DNA of 64,000 nucleotides from Fistulifera solaris (lineage: Eukaryota), in contig AP026143.1 of NCBI GenBank assembly GCA_030295235.1, positions 372,001-436,000 of the forward strand, read 5' to 3'. Shown here in pieces: positions 38,541-49,656 of the stretch. The position numbers were made by a program, and so were the translations under genes. Within the stretch, counting starts at the first letter, position 1. Every line of letters starts with the position of its first letter. Below the pieces are notes generated by a model. That model had not been told where the DNA came from. It ran no database searches and saw only the letters and a list, made by a program, of their open reading frames with translations.

Positions 38541-39410
38541 ATGAATCAGCCGCACCAGGATGCACAACGAAGTATGTGGCAAAGCACCGTTCGCGAAGCC
38601 ATCACGCCCTATTTGCCTCCTCCCGTCGTTCACGCCATTCGACATCAGATCGATCCTCAATTAGCCGCGTACGGTTTAGGTCCGGAAGGAACTGTAACAG
38701 TCCTGACGACGCTGTTCTTGGCTTGGTTGACGCTTTTCATCTTTCGCATGACGCGTGTATGGATGGGTTCGGGGAAAGCTGTTCTAGAAGATGATGATGC
38801 CATTTTGCAATCGAAAGCACAAACCAAATACGATCATACGGTTCTACTCATGGGACCGTCTAGCAGTGGAAAGACACGTCTCTACTATCAACTAACGCTG
38901 GGTCCTGACTATAATCAAATACCCACCGTGGCGAGTATTAAAGCCAACGTCGGATACGCCGTGGCGAGTGATCATTCCACAATCCGATACGTTGATTGGC
39001 CGGGCTATGCTTCCTTGGACGATAAATTATTGAAGACTATAGTAGCCGAAACAGATCGAGTGATACTGGTGTTGGATGCTTCGCAGCCCGTCGGATCCGC
39101 CGCCGATATCTTGTATTATTTGTGCAACGACAAGAAGCGAAGAAAGGTCTTTGTGGCTTGTCACAAGAATGATTTAAGTAAAGCCAAGAATTGGAGGCGC
39201 ATAAAAATTCAATTGCGAACGGAATTGGAACGGTTGTTCTCGCTTCGAAAGAATGAAGATACATGGTGGCCCTCGGGGAAGTCACTGGAATTGGATGATA
39301 TTCCAGCGGTACAGCTACACTTTGCTTCCACGTCGTGCGAAAGTCAGTTGCCCTCGGAGCTGACTCATTTCTGTGAAACAGGCGTTCTGCCGGAGTCCAA
39401 TACTCAATAG
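38541..39410 (+). CDS. SRPRB: Signal recognition particle receptor beta subunit (Arf-like GTPase)
   Basis: N-terminal TM, GPSSSGKT P-loop, PTVASI, VDWPG, ACHKND, IKIQLRTELERL. Confidence 0.85.
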   Translation: MNQPHQDAQRSMWQSTVREAITPYLPPPVVHAIRHQIDPQLAAYGLGPEGTVTVLTTLFLAWLTLFIFRMTRVWMGSGKAVLEDDDAILQSKAQTKYDHTVLLMGPSSSGKTRLYYQLTLGPDYNQIPTVASIKANVGYAVASDHSTIRYVDWPGYASLDDKLLKTIVAETDRVILVLDASQPVGSAADILYYLCNDKKRRKVFVACHKNDLSKAKNWRRIKIQLRTELERLFSLRKNEDTWWPSGKSLELDDIPAVQLHFASTSCESQLPSELTHFCETGVLPESNTQ

Positions 39411-39450
39411 TCGATAAAGTGTTCGTTATCATTTCTATTACTCTTTCTAC

Positions 39451-40455
39451 TTACTTTATAATTACCATCGACCACGTTCGATCCGTCACGGCTTTGACCA
39501 ATGTTATGCACAACTCCCGCCCCGCCGCCGTATTTTGTAGCGTGAAAGTACCTTCATCGGCTTCTGTTGGATCAAACAAAGTTCCTTGTAGCAGCGTGTC
39601 ACCGTTCACTACTACTTTGAGTGTATTGCGACCGAACGTCACTTTACAATCTTTCGCTTTGACATGATCCGCCACCATGAACTTGATTTCAACATCTTCA
39701 TTGGTCTGTGTCCAGCTCCCCCATTCCTCAACGACCGGAGGTGCCCCATTCATTCCCAGTAGCGGAGGTGCTGCGTTCGGAGCCAGAAGTTGTGTTTGTG
39801 ATTGATTGACTAGGTTGTTCAAAGACGACGCGGCCGACGATCCACTGCCGCCACCTCCTCCGGGTCTCCGAGCCGTTTCACACCATGCGGCCGAAGGATC
39901 GGCATCGGCAATAGTGAAATTGACGCGCTTCCACTCATCTGTAGCTTCATTGTCGACGGCTCGTCCCACGAAAACATCACCTCGGATTTCGCGAGCCCCG
40001 TGTCCGCATGCTGTGATCAAGGCCACCGCACGGGAATTGAGGGGCAAGGAAGCGGCGTTTTCTTGATACGTGGCCGTATCGGCCACGTACATGCTCACTG
40101 CTTGATATTGATTGCCGGGCATGGGAATGGTGAGGGCGACAATGTCAAAAGAAGGACGCAATTGCGATTGCAACATGAGTTGCAATACGGTATCATCATC
40201 GAGTTGACTCAGTTGCTGCCCGTTGTTCGACATTTGTTGACGTATTTGCATCGCCAGAGCTTTTCTTTGGTCGGGTGTTGATTGTTCGAACTGCTCGACT
40301 CGGAATTGGGCCCCGGAATGTTCGTAAAAGTATTGTTTGGCCTGTTTCACTAATTCATCGTCCGTCAATCCGCCTTTTGTGTCAGCTCTTAACGAAACAA
40401 TGGGACTTGCGTCGTTGGCAGGAATACGAACGTATTCAAACGTTTCACTCGTCAT
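39451..40455 (-). CDS. Protein with C-terminal CS (p23/NudC-like) domain
   Basis: C-terminal WTQTNEDVEI...KAKDCKV.F....LKV...LLQGTLF......TFTL...LCITLVK...W. Confidence 0.8.
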   Translation of the reverse strand: MTSETFEYVRIPANDASPIVSLRADTKGGLTDDELVKQAKQYFYEHSGAQFRVEQFEQSTPDQRKALAMQIRQQMSNNGQQLSQLDDDTVLQLMLQSQLRPSFDIVALTIPMPGNQYQAVSMYVADTATYQENAASLPLNSRAVALITACGHGAREIRGDVFVGRAVDNEATDEWKRVNFTIADADPSAAWCETARRPGGGGGSGSSAASSLNNLVNQSQTQLLAPNAAPPLLGMNGAPPVVEEWGSWTQTNEDVEIKFMVADHVKAKDCKVTFGRNTLKVVVNGDTLLQGTLFDPTEADEGTFTLQNTAAGRELCITLVKAVTDRTWSMVIIK

Positions 40456-40585
40456 TTGCTTTACTTATAATATGTGGGATAGAGGAAAGATTTCAATTGA
40501 AAACAAAATGAATACCAGTAAATAAAAAAAGCGGGCGTGTTGAGGTTTAACACGTTTCCAGAAAATCTGGATAGGCCCTGACTCC

Positions 40586-41322
40586 TGACTGGAATTCAGT
40601 CGTGGTTTCCCTGAACTATCACTTTGGGTCCATAGTAAAAAATAAAATTAAAAAAAATAAAATAAAAGACAACGTTTCGCAAGGTTCTTCAACAACAAAT
40701 GTAGTTCAAATATTTTTGCTGAACGAACGAATTGTATTAGACCCCCTAGGCAGCAGTGTCGCTCTTTTTTTATCAGTCACAAACACAATCCTTGATGACT
40801 ACAACACTTCGGTCCATAGTAATTATGACAGACAACGTTTTGCGACCTTCGACGTAAAAATATATGTTAAACTTTTGGTGAACGAAGGATTTGTAGGCAG
40901 CATTGTCGCTCGAGAGAAATTGATTTATGACCAAATTGCAGTCGTGGTCTCGTTGAACCAACATTTCGGGTCTATAGTAAATACGGAAGACAACGTTTTG
41001 CATGCTCTTTAACGTGAATTAAAAGGGTGTGTAATGAAAACGCTGCCGATGACTATTTCATTGCAACAAAGACAAGTTGAGCTCAAGATATTTTAATGAA
41101 CGAAGGATTTGTAGGCAGCATTGTCGCTCGAAAGAAATTGATTCATGACTGAAACACAGTCGTGGTCTCGTTGAACCATCACTTTGGGTCTATAGTAAAT
41201 ACGGACATTAACGTTTTGCAAGGCTCTTCGACGTATTATGTGATGATTTGTAATAAAAACGTTGCTAAAGCCTATTATTTCGACAACTAATAATTGATGG
41301 AATGACTGAAGTACAGTCGTGG
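40586..41322. repeat. Degenerate tandem repeat cluster, ~4 units of 160-220 bp
   Basis: Recurring cagtcgtgg(t)..gaac..cactt.ggtc.atagtaa at 40586-40639, ~40801-40824, 40927-40982 and 41144-41200. Also aacgaaggatttgtaggcagcattgtcgctcg at 40881 and 41099, and aacgtttt/cgca after each core. Confidence 0.85.
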
Positions 41323-41367
41323 ATAAGTTGATGATTCTTTTTCAACTATCGTAAAAACTGTTGTCAT

Positions 41368-41445
41368 ACCGGGGACCACCGATCGTCTCAAGACTCTCAT
41401 CCAGTGCCGTAGATGAGAGTCTTGAGACGATCGGTGGTCCCCGGT
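41368..41445. repeat. Perfect 34-bp inverted repeat with 10-nt loop
   Basis: accggggaccaccgatcgtctcaagactctcatc (41368-41401), loop cagtgccgta, then the exact reverse complement (41412-41445). Confidence 0.97.
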
Positions 41446-41953
41446 CGTGTCTGAATCAGACAGGAGCCCCTCTGCTCCGATTGTGACCTGGCAACGGTTC
41501 GGTGTTCGGTGGATTCCATCCATTGTCCACTGGGTTAGTTGTGTTTCTCTAACTCGATTAGGGATTCGGTTCTCTTGTAGGGATAGGACGTAAGCATAGT
41601 AAATTCTAGCCATTTTTTAATTATTTGGAGCAGACGGAAATTCTGAACTGCTATTTCAAAAGTCTAGAAGAGAAGGAAAGTTCTAATTTTGAGGTTGTAC
41701 AAGTATGAGAATTATATTTAAAATAGTGAGCTGTTTTCGTAAAGAACAAACAGCAAACATTTTTATGGAGCCCATCATTGATTAGCAATCCTGTTTTTAG
41801 CGATGAATTAACAGATCACGGCATAATATTCTTAGCATTTGAAGTCCTCGTCCAACCCGTCTAATATAAATGCAAGTTCTCCGGTGCGATACCCTGGCGC
41901 CAGCAGCCACTTCTTTCTTAAACGTATCTTTACATAGGCTGTTGTTTGTACCC

Positions 41954-43240
41954 TTAACCTGATGGTGTATTAACTGGTAATAAAGGTGACGCATGTGATG
42001 GCGGTTGTTTTTGTTTCTGCACCTTGAAATGTGTAAAACTCATGAAGCCTAGAAACGACAGACCAATCCCCATAGCGCCAATCCACGTAAAAGGAATTTG
42101 AAACAAAAGGCTCGTGACGATAATGGCAAAGATGCGTCGTATGCAATTGAGCGCCGCGTGATGCACCACAGATATTCGTGATAAAATGAATGTAGACGCC
42201 AGATTGTAGCTCGCAAAGGCACAGCCGTTCACCAAAGACAAGACCATGTAGTGGAACAAATCTGATAATGAGATCCCTCTCGTTGATGTTGCTGTTGCCA
42301 GTAGTCGTTGGCAGAAGGAAGGCCCGTGGAACACGACCACGGGCACAAACAATAGATAACTGCCCAACTGTTGCATTCGAAATTGCAAATTCAGATCATC
42401 TATTACGGCGGTACCGCCTTCACTGGTCGCTCGAAACAGTTTTTGATACAATCCGCGAAAGGAAAAACACAAATTCGATGCCATGACAATCAAGCAGGCT
42501 CGCGCCGAATCGGCCAATGTTGCCGTCTCCGTGTCACTCGGACGATTGCCCAAGGTCGACAAGAGGACACCAACAACAATCGTCACCAAACTGATGACTT
42601 CGGATTGATTCAATGATTCGATACCCCACAAGACTGCTACCGTCGCACTCGTAATAGGTTCGGCCGCTTTGATGGTTTCGACAAAGGCCGCGGAAGATCC
42701 GGAAAACCCGTAATTCGTAGCCAGAAAACCTCCACAAAAATAGACACCCGCCAAAGTTAAAAATTGATAATCCCCTTTGGGCAGTAACAGACTCCGCGGA
42801 CTCGTGTGAACATCTGCTTCTCCGTAATAGTATGCCGGCCGTCTCAGGGGACTCGCAGTCGTCGGCCACGGCTGCAACCCCGGACTGGACAAGCACCGGC
42901 TCTTTAATAAAATCCGCACAAAAGTTGAACCAATGACAAATTGTTGAAGCGTTAAACACAATGGAGGGATTTTTTGTGTCGATAAAAGTAATTTCGAAGA
43001 ACCAATGCTGACAATTCCGAGCGAATACCAAAGACAGACCGCCAAAGCGAGAGAGCTAAACTGTGTTAGCAAATCATTCCACCATCCCGCGAAACAGCGC
43101 TGTAGAAAATGACGTTTTCGGGGGCGACCGTCGAGGCGGCGTCGTCGGGGTCGTCCCGGCAAGGGGGACGTTGACGGCGGTGCGCTAAGCCGTGATCGGC
43201 TTCTTCCGCTGCTGTTCGAGGTGTTCCGTTCATTTTGCAT
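41954..43240 (-). CDS. Triose-phosphate/nucleotide-sugar translocator family (SLC35E/TPT-like)
   Basis: LWYSLGI...SKLLL, FVETIKAAEPI, SNLCFSFR, ISVVHHAALNCIRRIF; multiple TMs. Confidence 0.88.
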   Translation of the reverse strand: MQNERNTSNSSGRSRSRLSAPPSTSPLPGRPRRRRLDGRPRKRHFLQRCFAGWWNDLLTQFSSLALAVCLWYSLGIVSIGSSKLLLSTQKIPPLCLTLQQFVIGSTFVRILLKSRCLSSPGLQPWPTTASPLRRPAYYYGEADVHTSPRSLLLPKGDYQFLTLAGVYFCGGFLATNYGFSGSSAAFVETIKAAEPITSATVAVLWGIESLNQSEVISLVTIVVGVLLSTLGNRPSDTETATLADSARACLIVMASNLCFSFRGLYQKLFRATSEGGTAVIDDLNLQFRMQQLGSYLLFVPVVVFHGPSFCQRLLATATSTRGISLSDLFHYMVLSLVNGCAFASYNLASTFILSRISVVHHAALNCIRRIFAIIVTSLLFQIPFTWIGAMGIGLSFLGFMSFTHFKVQKQKQPPSHASPLLPVNTPSG

Positions 43241-43399
43241 TCAAGTTAAGAAAGAGCAACGGAGCAAGCTCTGGCGGTGGGTAGTCTAGCAATAATATTG
43301 TCGTCGAAAAATGCAAATGCAGTGTGCAATGAAGAAACGGTCTTTGCGCCATCCGGATTGTTGGTCATTCAGGACTGACTGAATTGTCATTCATGGGTC

Positions 43400-43830
43400 A
43401 GAATTAGGACAGTAGGAACGACATCCAATGTGCGTTTAGCCTTTATGCCTTTATCAAGGCTCCTCCGTTTTTTTGTAATTAGCTAATAAGGATCAATTCT
43501 AGAGTCCTTTTCTAGCAAAGAACTCGATAAAGGACGGCAAAAATGATCCGCGTCGTTTACTTTAGATTTACTATAGCACAAAGTGCTGTCCGTATTCGCT
43601 TAGAATGGGTTTTCGGTCATGAGTCAGAACAGGCACGAGATCCAATGTGCGTTTAGCATTTACGCCATTATCAACGCCCCTCCATTTTGTATGCAATGCG
43701 CTAAATAAGCGCTTTTTAGCGAAGAACTCGATAAAGGACGTCAAAAATTATCCGAGTCGTTCACTTCAGATTTACTATAGCACAAAGTGTTCTCCGTATT
43801 TGGCCATGACTGGCTTTTTAGTCACGAAAC
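43400..43830. repeat. Degenerate direct duplication (~205-217 bp unit, 2 copies)
   Basis: atccaatgtgcgtttagc at 43423 and 43640; aagaactcgataaaggacg twice; gatttactatagcacaaagtg at 43565 and 43769. Confidence 0.88.
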
Positions 43831-44125
43831 TACCTACTTGACCTTGACCTCATGATGCATGATGTAAATAGATAAATACGAATATCAAGCGAACGCCATA
43901 GCTTAAAGCATCGGATATCGAATATGCTAGCAAAGATATGCAGCAATCGAGAGATGAATTGAAAATGTCATCAACCGCTAACTTTGAGACGGAGCATTCA
44001 ACAGACAAGCCATTTTCAAATGCTATTCGAGATAAAACAAATGACATTCTCAATAGGAGGGATACCTTTTAAGAACCCATCTAATATTATTGCATTACAT
44101 AATAGAGGTGAGTCGAGTCAGGCGT

Positions 44126-44894
44126 TTAAAGTTCATCCTTGCCAGACGAAGCGCTGGCCTTAACCGCCTTCATCAAACCAAGTCCAGAGGCTTTGATGGC
44201 CTTGACCTTTTCTTCTTTCACCTTCATTTCGTCTTCGAATTGCTTCTGAAGTCCCTCAATAAAGACTTCGAAATCCTTTTCGGTCTTCTCCAATTCGGCC
44301 TCCTTCTCTTCGATGAGTTTCTCCAACTCCTTGGCGTCCATGGCTTGGTATTTTTGAATTTCAGCCTTCTTGTCAGCTTCGCAAAGGTCGATGTTCTTGG
44401 GGCTGCACATGGGCTTGAGGTTCTCCTGTGCAAAGGCTTTCAACGAGTCATAATCGCGAGCACCTTCGTAGTCCTCGAGGGCACTTGGGTCGCCCCTATT
44501 ACGTTCAGCGTTGAGGTTATTCAATCGCAAGTGAGATACAATTAAAATAAGTGATCATCTTCAACAAGGCAAACAATAAACACTATCATGACCGTCGTCG
44601 TCGAACTCGTTTTTCTTACCATTTAAGAGTAGGGAATCCTTGCACACCCTCGCAAAGCGCTTGACCCTCACCCGTGCAGTCCACATCAGCAACGAGTTGA
44701 TTGGCCGATCCACTGAACTCCTCCATCAATTTGTCCCAATCGGGCTTCATGGCTTTGCAATGACCGCACCATGGGGCGAAGAATTTGATAAAGACCGTCT
44801 TACCGGCCGTCTCGGCGTCCCAGTTGGCGGGCGTCAATTCGATGGCTTGCGATGAAGCAATCGCAGCAAGGAGAACAGTCAAAGTGGTCTTCAT
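44126..44894 (-). CDS. ER thioredoxin/protein disulfide isomerase-like protein with KDEL; intron 44496-44619
   Basis: Signal peptide MKTTLTVLLAAIASSQA, FFAPWCGHCK, GFPTLKW|GDPSALEDYEGARD, coiled-coil tail ending KDEL. Confidence 0.92.
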
Positions 44895-45390
44895 GGTTGA
44901 ATATATAGGATGGATGGATGCAAAACAAAGCACTCGGAAGAAACTGAGGAATGGTTGACTGGAATGCGAAAGATTCACGCACGACAAAAATGCTGACATA
45001 AATGGCCAATAACAACGGCTGTCGTGACTATGACCGCGAACAAAAGAGCCGTTTGTTTTTCCGTGACTGAGAAGTGACAGGTGGCATTTTCTGAATAATT
45101 TTTTCTGAAGCGGGAAGAAGCGCAACGAAAACGGACGGACGCTCAGACTAGTCATTATTAGTCTTGAGGATGAGTGAATAAAAACTATTGTGAAGCGAAG
45201 CTCTACGTTGGCCAAGCTAGTGGCAAGTGCCATACTTACTGTACGGGACAAGACTAAAGAACGCATTCGTACTCTTATTCCATTGAATTATATGACTACC
45301 ATGTTGTTTAGCAGGTGCTAGCTTTCAAATTGTGCTGCCTAGGAGGCAGAAGTAACTTCCTTAGAGGTTCAAAAAGCCAATAATCATCAT

Positions 45391-46211
45391 TTAGAGTGCC
45401 TCCGATAAGGTTCGTTTACGACGAGACGGATGCATCAACTCTTCTTCATCTTCATCTGCAGCCACAGTACCAAACTGTCGGTCACCGGCATCTCCCATTC
45501 CTGGTAACAGTTCACCGGTTTCGGTCACTTCGTCAATGGCTCCCAAGGAGAAGTATACATCGGGGTATTTTTCCACAATCGCTTGAAGACCAGTGCGCGA
45601 TGCCAGAACAGAAATGACGTGAATCTCCTTCACTCCCCACTGCAGGTCGGTGAACAGTCAGTGAGTATTGGCATTTGACATATTCAAGTAAATAATTAAC
45701 GCAATTAACTTACCTTTTTGAGAATTTGAATCACACTCATCGTCGTCTGACTAGTGATTATAGAAGGATCCAAAATGAAAGCAACATCTGCGTCGCATTG
45801 ACGAGGCAATTTGTTGTAATATTGCACCGGGTTAGCCCCCGCCACTTTGTACATTCCAATGTGATGAACCGCCGCATTCGGCAAAAGTTCCGTCATGGCT
45901 TCCACCATTCCTTGACCCGATCGTAAGATGGGAATCAAAGCAACCCGTTCCACGAGCTTTTGACCCGTATGATCGACGTGTGTCTCGCCGTCGTGCGTCT
46001 TGACGGGAACGGATATTTGCACCGGCTTCGTCGACAGTCTCGAGGTCGCTTCGTAGCCGAGATGATACGTCAGCTCACGGAGCACAGCGCGAAACGTCCC
46101 GCATCGGGTCGTCGAGCTGCGCAACGTAGTGATCTTGTGCGAGATGACGGGATGCGACGAAATGTGCACCTTGTCTCCGAAATCGGAATCTTTGGCAGTC
46201 ACCTCGGTCAT
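45391..46211 (-). CDS. UPRT: Uracil phosphoribosyltransferase; intron 45640-45713
   Basis: HPVISHKITTLRS...FR, LIPILRSG.GM, HIGMY, YYNKLP, LLPGMGDAGDRQFGT. Confidence 0.92.
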
Positions 46212-47022
46212 GCTGTTGTGACGTGTCGGTTAAGGGACGAGTTTGACTGTCAACAGAAGAAGAATGCGTTTGCAAACAAAATGCGAATGATAGGAGGATA
46301 GGTGCTCTATCGTTCAGTTCCTATTGATCGGAATAAGAGGCCTTTAATATTATATGCCATCATGTCAGACGCAAACGAACAAACGACGGCAGCAACGACG
46401 CAAAATTCCAAATAAATTCAGTTCGAACATCGGAATCCGGCCATCACAAACTGACGTCACACAAAGAGAAATCGTGAACAAATCAGTCTTGCGTAGCACA
46501 TTGAACAAGAAAGTAGGGTGCCACGTCCGACCACGAATCACGGATCACGTGGCGAAAATAAACGTCATCCTGTCTGGAGCGTGTCTTCTCCATTTCGAAT
46601 ATTGAAGCAGCCGCTATAGTTAGATCTTTGCTAGAGTCGTCCAAAATTTCACCTCTAAAACCGAAAGGCTTACCATGGTCAATCAGTGATACAAAATTTA
46701 AAAGCGAGTATTGACTTTCCTGAGAGGCTGGTCCAGAGACAATATTTTAATTAAAACTGGTTGTTGCCTCTCATTGACACTATAGCTTAGAATTCCTCAA
46801 TACCGTAACTTCGACACCTGTCGACACTGTCATTTTGAACTAATTCAATGAAAAGTAATAATAGTTTTCTATGATGGGTTAGTTAGCTCACTCTATTTCA
46901 CGGATCACGCGCTCGGGCGATCACACGCATCACAAACTAGCGCTCTAGGATGGTCGTGACTGAATCTATGTGGTACTTCTGTAAACAGCCTTTCGGCAAA
47001 CAAAATCGCAGTTCCAGCTCAT

Positions 47023-47836
47023 TCAGTCGATCTTCTCTTCTTCGTCCAAGTCACAGAACCCTTTCACCAAACGATCCAGCTTGTTGCGAAACCCGGGAAT
47101 GTGATTACGCGTGAGCTTGAGCTCTTCTACCAAGCCACCGGCGGGATGGTAGATGTGCGCAAAGGGTAAACTTTGAACCCCCAGGCCTTGATGTAAGGCG
47201 GCGTTCTTCTGTGAAACGGGCACGTCGACGAAAACGACGTTGGGAAATTTGACTGCCGTTTGATAAAACAGCGGGGCAACGGCTTTGCACGCCTGCGAGA
47301 GAAAGAACGCGAAGTGAGTATAGTTCGATTCAATTCACCGGCATTCTTCGTCGTCGAAAGAACCTTACCCTACAATAAGTCGCGTAAAATCTCACGGCCA
47401 CAATTCTTTCTTCTTCATCTCCCACCACTTTCTTGTAATCTTGCAAGTTTTCTACCACGTGTACATTGGGCGGTAACCCTTCCCGGGCCGGTGGCTGTTG
47501 TGTTTGTGGTGACCCTAACACAAGATCTCTCATGCGTCGTTCGAACGATTGCGAAGGAGCTTGTGATGAAAGCGAGTACGCATTCGCGTACGCCGATTTG
47601 CCTGTAGTCGAGGCACGTTTATTGTTGCCGTTTTGATCGGAAGGAAATCTTCTATCGTGTAGCTTTTTCACCGAAGACTTGACCGGAGGCTTGTAGTTCA
47701 TGCTAATGTGAAAAGACCTACAGCTTGACATTGAACAAAGAAGAGCGATGGTAAAAACAAACCATCTTGATGATGGGCATTGTCTTGATGGGTTCATCCT
47801 CCTCAGCTTCATTGTGTTTATCTCTGAACTTTGCAT
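47023..47836 (-). CDS. Thioredoxin-like protein, probably plastid-targeted; intron 47293-47368
   Basis: Spliced active site VAVRFYATYCR|ACKAVAP, then LGVQSLPFAHIYHP. Signal-like leader ending CRS-F. Confidence 0.82.
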
Positions 47837-48702
47837 AATTTATTACCGTCACCGGCTAGTCTACAAGCTTCCTCACAATCACTGATGTTTTGAGTTGCGT
47901 GGTATCTTTTCCCTTGCCTTTATTACGATAGAGTCAGCTGCTTCGAACAATGGACCACGACAAAAACTGTGACGGCAACAATCTGGCGATGGCGACGTTC
48001 AACGGCATGTCGATGGGTGGACCCACAAATAAACAAGGGCGGAAGAAAACATCATTACTATACAGTAAAAAGTACTCTTGCGCGCCTCTCCTATGTTTCA
48101 CGGCATCTTTTTCAGACCCATGCCCTTCAAGTTTCGACGTCATGCGGTTGTTTCTGGTTAGTCATGACTCGGAGTTGAGACTTCAGTCGTGAGTGCGGAC
48201 GATCTGTTAGGACGGTCGATGTCCGTTCGGTACCTAATGTCTATTCACAAATAGACCGGATGCAAGTTGCGGAACTAAATTTTTCAAACTCTTCCTTTCG
48301 AAATAATGCAAAACCTTCTTCTTCGCCTTATCTGCTTTCGTCGTCAATTCCAATGCCCATCACTGTTCTGCAAGCTGGCTTTCATGCTTTGGTAGTTGCT
48401 AGAAACCAGAAGCTTTCCTTCGATCGAGCGATGCGAACCTTGACACGTCGCGCTTTGCACATGCCAGCCTCGACATGATCTTTTATCTCCAGGAGACCAA
48501 TGAATGTCGTCGACAAATGAATGATGACCAAATATTCCCTGGGGAGTATCGATATCCAAAAAAGTATTGAATTTCAGCCAACACGTCGCAGAATCTATTT
48601 TGCGGTTTTCCTGTGACGAGGAAAGGTGTGGTCGATCGCATATGCTGGTACATTTCAAGCATATCAATCAGCGGTCGTCCGTGAATTCTAACGTCGAATG
48701 AA

Positions 48703-49340
48703 CTAAATAACGTCAAAGTGCGGCCACGTCTTGAGCGCTAGTGCTTGATCCCAAAACATATATTCCAATTTGCAAGCAGTAATGAAGTGGTTCGACATTT
48801 CATTGAACGTATCCGACGAAGCAGTCGAGCACGCGGCATCCACCAGTTGAATGTATTCGTTGACGCGTTGTTCGAATACTTCTCCTGCGTACATATCAAT
48901 CCAAGCGTCAAAAGCAGGCATACGCTTGACACTGAAAGCCGCGAATTGTATGGCTCGTAAGTTTGGTCGACCTAGACACTTTCACATCCTATCCAATTTT
49001 CACGTCTTACCTATTACCAAGCTCTTCGCGAAGCCTGAGCATACACTTGCCGACATGAAAGTATACCCAGTAACACGGAAGCAACGCCACCAGACCCTCC
49101 GCATGAGGACGCGTCGCAACGACTCGTTTCAAATAGCTGGTGTATAGTAGGGTGTCGGGCATTTGCTGAACGCCGGCAGCATCGATGCCCCACTCACGAA
49201 AGAAGCCAGTGTGCATATCTGTTTCAAAGGCTATGACGCCTTTTGAAAATCGCTCTAGGAGCTCCGCGTCTTTCGTTGGTATACCACGATTTTTGCTTAG
49301 TACGCTGGTTTGTTTCGGCTACCATTGCTACGGCTATCAT
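48703..49340 (-). pseudogene. tenA: TenA/thiaminase II-like gene with apparent internal deletion; intron 48932-49010
   Basis: YTSYL, ALLPCYWVYFHVG, FDAWIDMY, LEYMFWDQA are TenA motifs. The N-terminal HPF..G.L..F..YL.QD segment is absent, and the ATG (49340) frame is out of phase with the rest. Confidence 0.7.
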
Positions 49341-49656
49341 TGCTAGTATAGGAGTGGTTGTTTTGGAAGAAATATCAAAAAATGAGATGAACGGCCATCA
49401 CAATAAAATTCCAAAATCCAATCAAAAATCAAAAGCGACGCAACAAGTTCTCATCCGACGACAGCAAGACGTGCTAGGTGCTCAAGGCTCAAGTGCTTTT
49501 TTGCAAGGAGTCTGCCAAGAAATAGGTCAACTAACTCTTGTAATCACTAAAGAGAGTAATGTTATTTATAATCTACTTCTGCGAAAAATGCTGCACCAGC
49601 GTCTTTTGTTGTTGCTGAGATTGTAAATTGCCAAGACATAATATACGACCCAACGC

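Noticed and set aside
41472..41500. Minus-strand GAACCGTTGCCAGGTCACAATCGGAGCAG resembling SRP RNA helix 8
   Set aside because: The loop is not GNRA, no Alu-like 5' domain is visible, and the downstream strand folds on itself rather than forming helix 5. An Infernal search would settle it.
41287..41613. 108-aa minus ORF (MARIYYAYVLSL...) as a GIY-YIG or other gene; also telomerase RNA
   Set aside because: No second YIG motif, and the ORF runs through the perfect palindrome. There is no 1.5-repeat telomeric template.
44750..44775. Selenocysteine in the PDI-like active site
   Set aside because: Codons read TGG TGC GGT CAT TGC (WCGHC); there is no in-frame TGA.
48480..48700. TPP riboswitch downstream of the TenA-like gene
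   Set aside because: Conserved CUGAGA and related core motifs were not found on the coding strand.
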